Source: a virus
Taxonomy: Duplodnaviria; Caudoviricetes
IMG/VR virus record: IMGVR_UViG_3300037408_000745
Span: 1 to 36,026 of that record
Strand: one strand, 5' to 3'
Length of the DNA: 36,026 nt
The translations under genes and the position numbers were made by a program. Under the pieces are notes generated by a model. It saw only the letters and a program-made list of their open reading frames with translations, ran no database searches and had not been told where the DNA came from. Of this stretch, positions 31,890 to 36,026 are shown one piece after another; position 1 is the stretch's first letter; each line of letters starts with the position of its first letter.

Positions 31890-34367
31890 ATGAGCTACAG
31901 TTGGCAAACAAATACTTGGCCGATTCCAGCGAGGACGGAAATACAAGCCAGTCATTATGAGGACTTGCGAAAGTATATTTATCTGCGGCGATTTGTTACT
32001 GCCGGGAAATGCCCTTATAATTACAGTGCCCCCCTGACAAACTCGACTTGGGAGGCGTGGGTTAATGCGAATTTTACAGATTTGGATTTCGTGACCGGCA
32101 ATACGCTGGATTTCAACGACTCCAAGTGGTCTAATTTATTGCTTAATGTCGTGTTTCGCAGTTCAGCGAATGAGACCGCCGATTTATATAGCTGCTATAC
32201 TGAAACTGGCTTCTCAAATATGGCCAACCTGAGAGCAAATCCGCCTCGGTTTTCAGACGGCTCATTAAACTCCACGTATTGGTGTGTTGCGGTGGACATC
32301 AATCGCTATCACGATTTCGACCGATGGTCTGGTCGGCGGCTTGTCAAAACTTATACGTCGGGTTCAGGGCGTGCGTTTTTGTCAAGGGCGTGGGGTTATA
32401 TGTATCTGCCCATTCAGGTTGGCAGTGAATATCAACGAAAAAATATCAAATACACGAACACGGGACGCGTTATCATCAGTCGGCTAAAGAGGGAATTGAC
32501 CGCAAAAGATTTGACAGACACTGAATATCTTGGGCCTAATTTCGACATTGAATGTTATAATTCTGGCGGCGTGTATTACTATCGTAAAGTGCCGTTTGTT
32601 GACACAGGGGCTGATTCCGTCAATATGCTCGGCTGGCAGGATGGCATTACTCAGAGTGACGGAGACCCTTTTCAGGATGCGTTTGGCGAACCCAATGCAA
32701 ATCCGGGAGACGACCAGCATTGTGCAGACCCGAAGCTGAAAGAATCCTATCAGAATCATGTGGAGCAGGTTATTTCAACTGGTGCATTTTGTAGATCAGT
32801 GGATGCGACCTTCATTGCGAACTGGAATTACTACAATTATTGGTGGGTGACGGAATCCGGAAACAATCCCGGCGGATATTATGACGGCGAAACTTATATT
32901 CCCGGCTATTACACTTACAAGCGGATTGATGAAGAAATTTGGTTCAAGGCAGGCGGTGATTATAGGCAGGAAACTCCAAGTTATGCAAACGGCTGGTCTC
33001 GGATTGATTATGGCCATGATTTACGGGCTAGCGAGCCGACGTATGCGGCATTGGAAGATGAGTTGAATGGATGCAATCGTTCTGCCTTCGAGTGTGCGTT
33101 AAGGAATCTCGGTCTTTACGACTGGTACTTTTCGTCAACCCATTCTTTTCAGCCGCAGAATCTATTGTTGAGACGTGAGGAACTTCGCCAAACCTATCCA
33201 CCTATGGCAGAAGAAGAAATAGAAGCTGCGCATCCATTGTCTCACGGCACTTATCGCCGGACGTGGCGATATACGTTTGGACGGCCCAAAAGCAATTATG
33301 TGATGCTGCCGGGCAATCATACCCCGCCAGCATTTGATTATACTAATTATCAGGGTGCGACAAGCAAAATTCCATTCATCGGCAGTTTCGTTCCGTCCGA
33401 TGAAATACCACAAAACGAGGACGATGTTGAATTGACGGAGCAGGAAAAGATAGCGATTAAACAACGCCACGACCCCGTATTGACCAATGGCGGAACGAGC
33501 CGTTTTGAGCAGGTTCGCAATATGCTCAATGACATGTGGAATGTGTTAGAAGGAGCGGGGTATTCGTGTAAGGAAATCTACCCCACCCTGCAAAATAAAA
33601 CGGCAGGGGGTCAGACCGATACTTATAAAACGTCGGATACGGCGGCGTATGCTTATGCCGTGGCACAGGCGGAGGCGGCGATAGAGATAGCTAATTGGGG
33701 GTCAGTGCCGAGCGGGCAGGCAATGCTTCTTGGCAGTTATGGGTTATTGACCGACTATTATAATATAGGTTGGGCAGCATGGTTTCAAATGTGGAAGGCT
33801 CGGTTTGTTATCGCCGCGTCGCAAATCCCGGAAAACACAAAACAAATCGTCGTTTTTTGTAAAGTCAAACCGTGGGCTGTATCGGATCTCGCAGATTATG
33901 CCCTGTGTCGTAATCTCGAAGTGGATTTAGACGAGATTCAGGAAATCCCAAACTTTAATTGTCTTGGCTATAATGGCCCACCGCCTTGGGTTTTTCCTGA
34001 CGATTATCCAGCGGGTTGGGTCGAATGGGGCGGCACAAATTATTATGCTGGAATAAATGGCAAGACAGCGGCGGTTGTATTGGAACTTGGAACGCCCGAT
34101 GAGGATGGAAACTATTACATTGATGTTCCGGTGTTTGGCGACCATCCGCCTGTATCTGGTTTGGTCGAAGCGACGCCGCAAAAGACAGTTGTGAATACTG
34201 CGGTCACCGGCAGGGCGGATGTTTCTTTGTCCGGCGTGTTTCCGTTTGTGGGATACAAGGTTGACTTAGAGACTGGCAATGCTGATTTTACGACAAAAAA
34301 ATATGTAACTTGGACTGCCATCGCGGTGGATGATGGACTTTTCGGAACGGACGGATATCCAAACTGA
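31890..34367 (+). CDS. Large putative virion / receptor-binding protein
   Basis: 825 aa, rich in Y/W/N/D/T/G, no signal peptide, visibly more AT-rich DNA; function inferred only. Confidence 0.5.
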   Translation: MSYSWQTNTWPIPARTEIQASHYEDLRKYIYLRRFVTAGKCPYNYSAPLTNSTWEAWVNANFTDLDFVTGNTLDFNDSKWSNLLLNVVFRSSANETADLYSCYTETGFSNMANLRANPPRFSDGSLNSTYWCVAVDINRYHDFDRWSGRRLVKTYTSGSGRAFLSRAWGYMYLPIQVGSEYQRKNIKYTNTGRVIISRLKRELTAKDLTDTEYLGPNFDIECYNSGGVYYYRKVPFVDTGADSVNMLGWQDGITQSDGDPFQDAFGEPNANPGDDQHCADPKLKESYQNHVEQVISTGAFCRSVDATFIANWNYYNYWWVTESGNNPGGYYDGETYIPGYYTYKRIDEEIWFKAGGDYRQETPSYANGWSRIDYGHDLRASEPTYAALEDELNGCNRSAFECALRNLGLYDWYFSSTHSFQPQNLLLRREELRQTYPPMAEEEIEAAHPLSHGTYRRTWRYTFGRPKSNYVMLPGNHTPPAFDYTNYQGATSKIPFIGSFVPSDEIPQNEDDVELTEQEKIAIKQRHDPVLTNGGTSRFEQVRNMLNDMWNVLEGAGYSCKEIYPTLQNKTAGGQTDTYKTSDTAAYAYAVAQAEAAIEIANWGSVPSGQAMLLGSYGLLTDYYNIGWAAWFQMWKARFVIAASQIPENTKQIVVFCKVKPWAVSDLADYALCRNLEVDLDEIQEIPNFNCLGYNGPPPWVFPDDYPAGWVEWGGTNYYAGINGKTAAVVLELGTPDEDGNYYIDVPVFGDHPPVSGLVEATPQKTVVNTAVTGRADVSLSGVFPFVGYKVDLETGNADFTTKKYVTWTAIAVDDGLFGTDGYPN

Positions 34368-34371
34368 AACG

Positions 34372-34443
34372 TAACCACGGATGAACGCGGATTTATAAAA
34401 ACAAAATAAGCAATCTGTGATAATCAGTGTAAATCCGTGGTTA
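34372..34443. repeat. Family A palindrome after the last gene
   Basis: TAACCACGGAT...ATCCGTGGTTA; loop shares CGGATTTATAAAAACAAAATAA with the reverse complement of the 9970 copy. Confidence 0.9.
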
Positions 34444-34752
34444 AAAAAAATAACGCCGCCGCAAGGCGGCTGCTCTTTGCATAGAAATTGACGAATAGGT
34501 CCCGGCGCGGCTCACCGGCGGAGGCAGCGAGTTGACAGGATTGTTTTTCGGCGATCAAAAAATCACCCAAATCCTGCCGGAGTTTTTTTGCGCATACAGC
34601 GATAGATGGACAATTACACTCCGGAAACCAGGTCCGCAAACAGGTCCGCATGTCCGCTAAAAATGTCCGCTGAAATATCCCCAAAACCCCCGAAAAACCG
34701 CCGTAAGTGGTAGTTTTAAAGCGGCTTTAAGCATAAATCATCAAAACCCCCA

Positions 34753-34938
34753 TTATTCTCATTTAGCTTTCGCAGCCGCCCCGAAAAACCCCATTATTCT
34801 CATCTTGTACATTTGTAAGATATGTCCCGCTTTTTCCTTAATAATCCCCATTTTTACCCCTAAATCCCACGATTTTGCGGCGGTTCCCCGATATTCCCAC
34901 GTTCGCGGACCTATTCTCATATAGCCATGCGTTTAACA
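34753..34938 (-). repeat. Right terminus with three putative transposase-binding sites
   Basis: TTATTCTCATTTAGCTTTCGCA (34753-34774), TTATTCTCATCTT (34794-34806), TATTCTCAT (34912-34920) and ACA ending at 34938. These are reverse complements of the left-end motif with the same offset from the terminal TGT. Confidence 0.8.
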
Positions 34939-35163
34939 GCGGTTTTTCTGCCCCGGTAAAGGAGTTTGTAAAAATAGAATAAAATACGGTAAAAATGATA
35001 AAATAACAGGATTCTATTTGAGCGCGCGATTGTGGCTCAGATGCAGGGCGGAAGGTTTCGGCCAGACCACAGGCGTACTATTGTACGTCGAGGATTGGAC
35101 GAAACCGACAACGCAGCAGATGACCGCAAGACCCGCTCAAAACCCCAGGAAAGGAGTTTGCAC

Positions 35164-35874
35164 ATGACAACCGAAAAACAAATCGCCGCCAACCGCCGCA
35201 ACGCCCAAAAATCCACCGGCCCGCGTACACCCGAAGGCAAAGCCATCGCCGCTCAAAATTCCCTCGCCCACGGCCATCTCGCAAGGCAGGCCGTAATGGT
35301 TGACGAAAACCTCGTCGATTTCAACCAACTCCACGACGCCATGCTCAAATATCTCACCCCCGTCGGCCCCATGGAAACCCTTCTGGCCGAACGCATCATT
35401 GCTCTATCCTGGCGGCTTAAACGCGCAGGACGCATCGAGACCGGCATGTTCAATGTGATGAGCAGGAAATGGAGGACAAAGCACAGCTTCAAAGATTATC
35501 TCGACTCGGACCCGCAGCCTATACGGATTTCGCCGGATGAAATGGCCGAACAGCACCTGACAATGATTCAGCCCGATGCCATCTTAAGCTGTGCCGCAAT
35601 GGATGACCTGGCCGAACGCAACAAAATGTCCCGCCTGTTGCATTACGAACGCCGGATCGAACGAAGCCTTTATAAAGCCACACTCGAACTCCAAAAACTC
35701 CAATTTATCCGCCAGAAAATGAGCGAATGTCCGGATTCCAACCCGCCGCAGCCTGCGCAGCAAAATCTCCCGGCCGCAACAACCCCCAACATCCCCCTAA
35801 ACCCCGTTCATCCCACCTGTGGCGAGCCTGTCGAACCGAGCAACATCGAAGTGCCGAATCCATCTCAAATTTAA
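35164..35874 (+). CDS. Probable host hypothetical protein (NRRNAQKSTGPRT-motif type)
   Basis: AGGAG RBS; MTTEKQIAANRRNAQKSTGPRTPEGK..LAHG and LLHYERRIERSLYKA; lies outside the ACA terminus. Confidence 0.8.
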   Translation: MTTEKQIAANRRNAQKSTGPRTPEGKAIAAQNSLAHGHLARQAVMVDENLVDFNQLHDAMLKYLTPVGPMETLLAERIIALSWRLKRAGRIETGMFNVMSRKWRTKHSFKDYLDSDPQPIRISPDEMAEQHLTMIQPDAILSCAAMDDLAERNKMSRLLHYERRIERSLYKATLELQKLQFIRQKMSECPDSNPPQPAQQNLPAATTPNIPLNPVHPTCGEPVEPSNIEVPNPSQI

Positions 35875-35880
35875 AAATGA

Positions 35881-35972
35881 CAAAACGAACCCAATTCAAA
35901 AATTGATAACTTATTACACAGAAAGGACTAAACCAAAAAATCGCAAAATCAAAACGAACCCAAACAAACCCA
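35881..35972 (+). repeat. CAAAACGAACCCAA direct repeat
   Basis: Copies at 35881 and 35950, plus a partial CAAACCCA. Confidence 0.7.
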
Positions 35973-36026
35973 TTTGTGGATAACTTTTCCGGTACGCTGA
36001 ACGCTGTCCGCTGTTTAGACCGGCAG

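Larger units (their letters stand above)
22..34938. mobile_element. Mu-like transposable prophage, apparently complete
   Basis: MuA DDE transposase, MuB ATPase, Gam, GemA-like and Mu gp27/gp28-like terminase genes plus head and tail genes. Both termini read TGT-N15-ATGAGAAT inward. Confidence 0.92.

Noticed and set aside
31329-34367. Diversity-generating retroelement or invertible tail-fibre segment
   Set aside because: No reverse transcriptase, no template/variable repeat pair seen and no Gin-like invertase.
2675-34443. Dispersed repeats as a CRISPR array
   Set aside because: No regular repeat-spacer period, copies are kilobases apart, and no cas genes are present.
24580-34684. Minus-strand ORFs over the early arm (e.g. 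25716-26417, 26977-27894, 28757-29572, 34424-34684)
   Set aside because: Antisense shadows of well-supported genes, or ORFs running into repeats.
11-34816. Alternative ends at TGT 16 and ACA 34811 (shared ACAAATGT)
   Set aside because: Flanks are inverted rather than direct repeats, the motif offsets differ, and the outer site at 34912 would be excluded. The 22/34938 pair gives identical offsets.
11600-35164. Longest-ORF starts in the track (11678, 13701, 20696, 23387, 29433, 31224, 35032)
   Set aside because: Downstream ATGs have a better RBS or promoter context and avoid hairpins, repeats or long overlaps.

Overview
Apparently complete ~34.9-kb Mu-like transposable prophage (about 22-34938, TGT...ACA termini with repeated ATGAGAAT transposase-binding-like motifs) plus ~1.1 kb of probable host DNA on the right. 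The layout is divergent (B3/BcepMu-like). A leftward late arm runs from a lysis-like gene through Mu-type terminase, HK97-type portal/protease/capsid, neck, tail tube, tape measure and tail tip. A central control region is followed by a rightward early arm (MuA, MuB, adenine MTase, GemA-like, Gam) that unexpectedly ends in two tail-fibre-like genes. Host is probably a Planctomycete (inference from repeat types and the flanking gene only). Unusual points: most gene junctions hold one of about seven families of short palindromic or heptamer repeats, co-oriented with transcription and sometimes translated; three signal-peptide genes and a glycosyltransferase lie inside the morphogenesis operon; no tail-assembly chaperone is visible; the switch looks ribbon-helix-helix based; a leaderless antisense gene with a consensus promoter sits in the early operon; and a structured terminator-containing leader precedes the late genes. 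All protein calls come from motifs and gene order read by eye; no searches were run.
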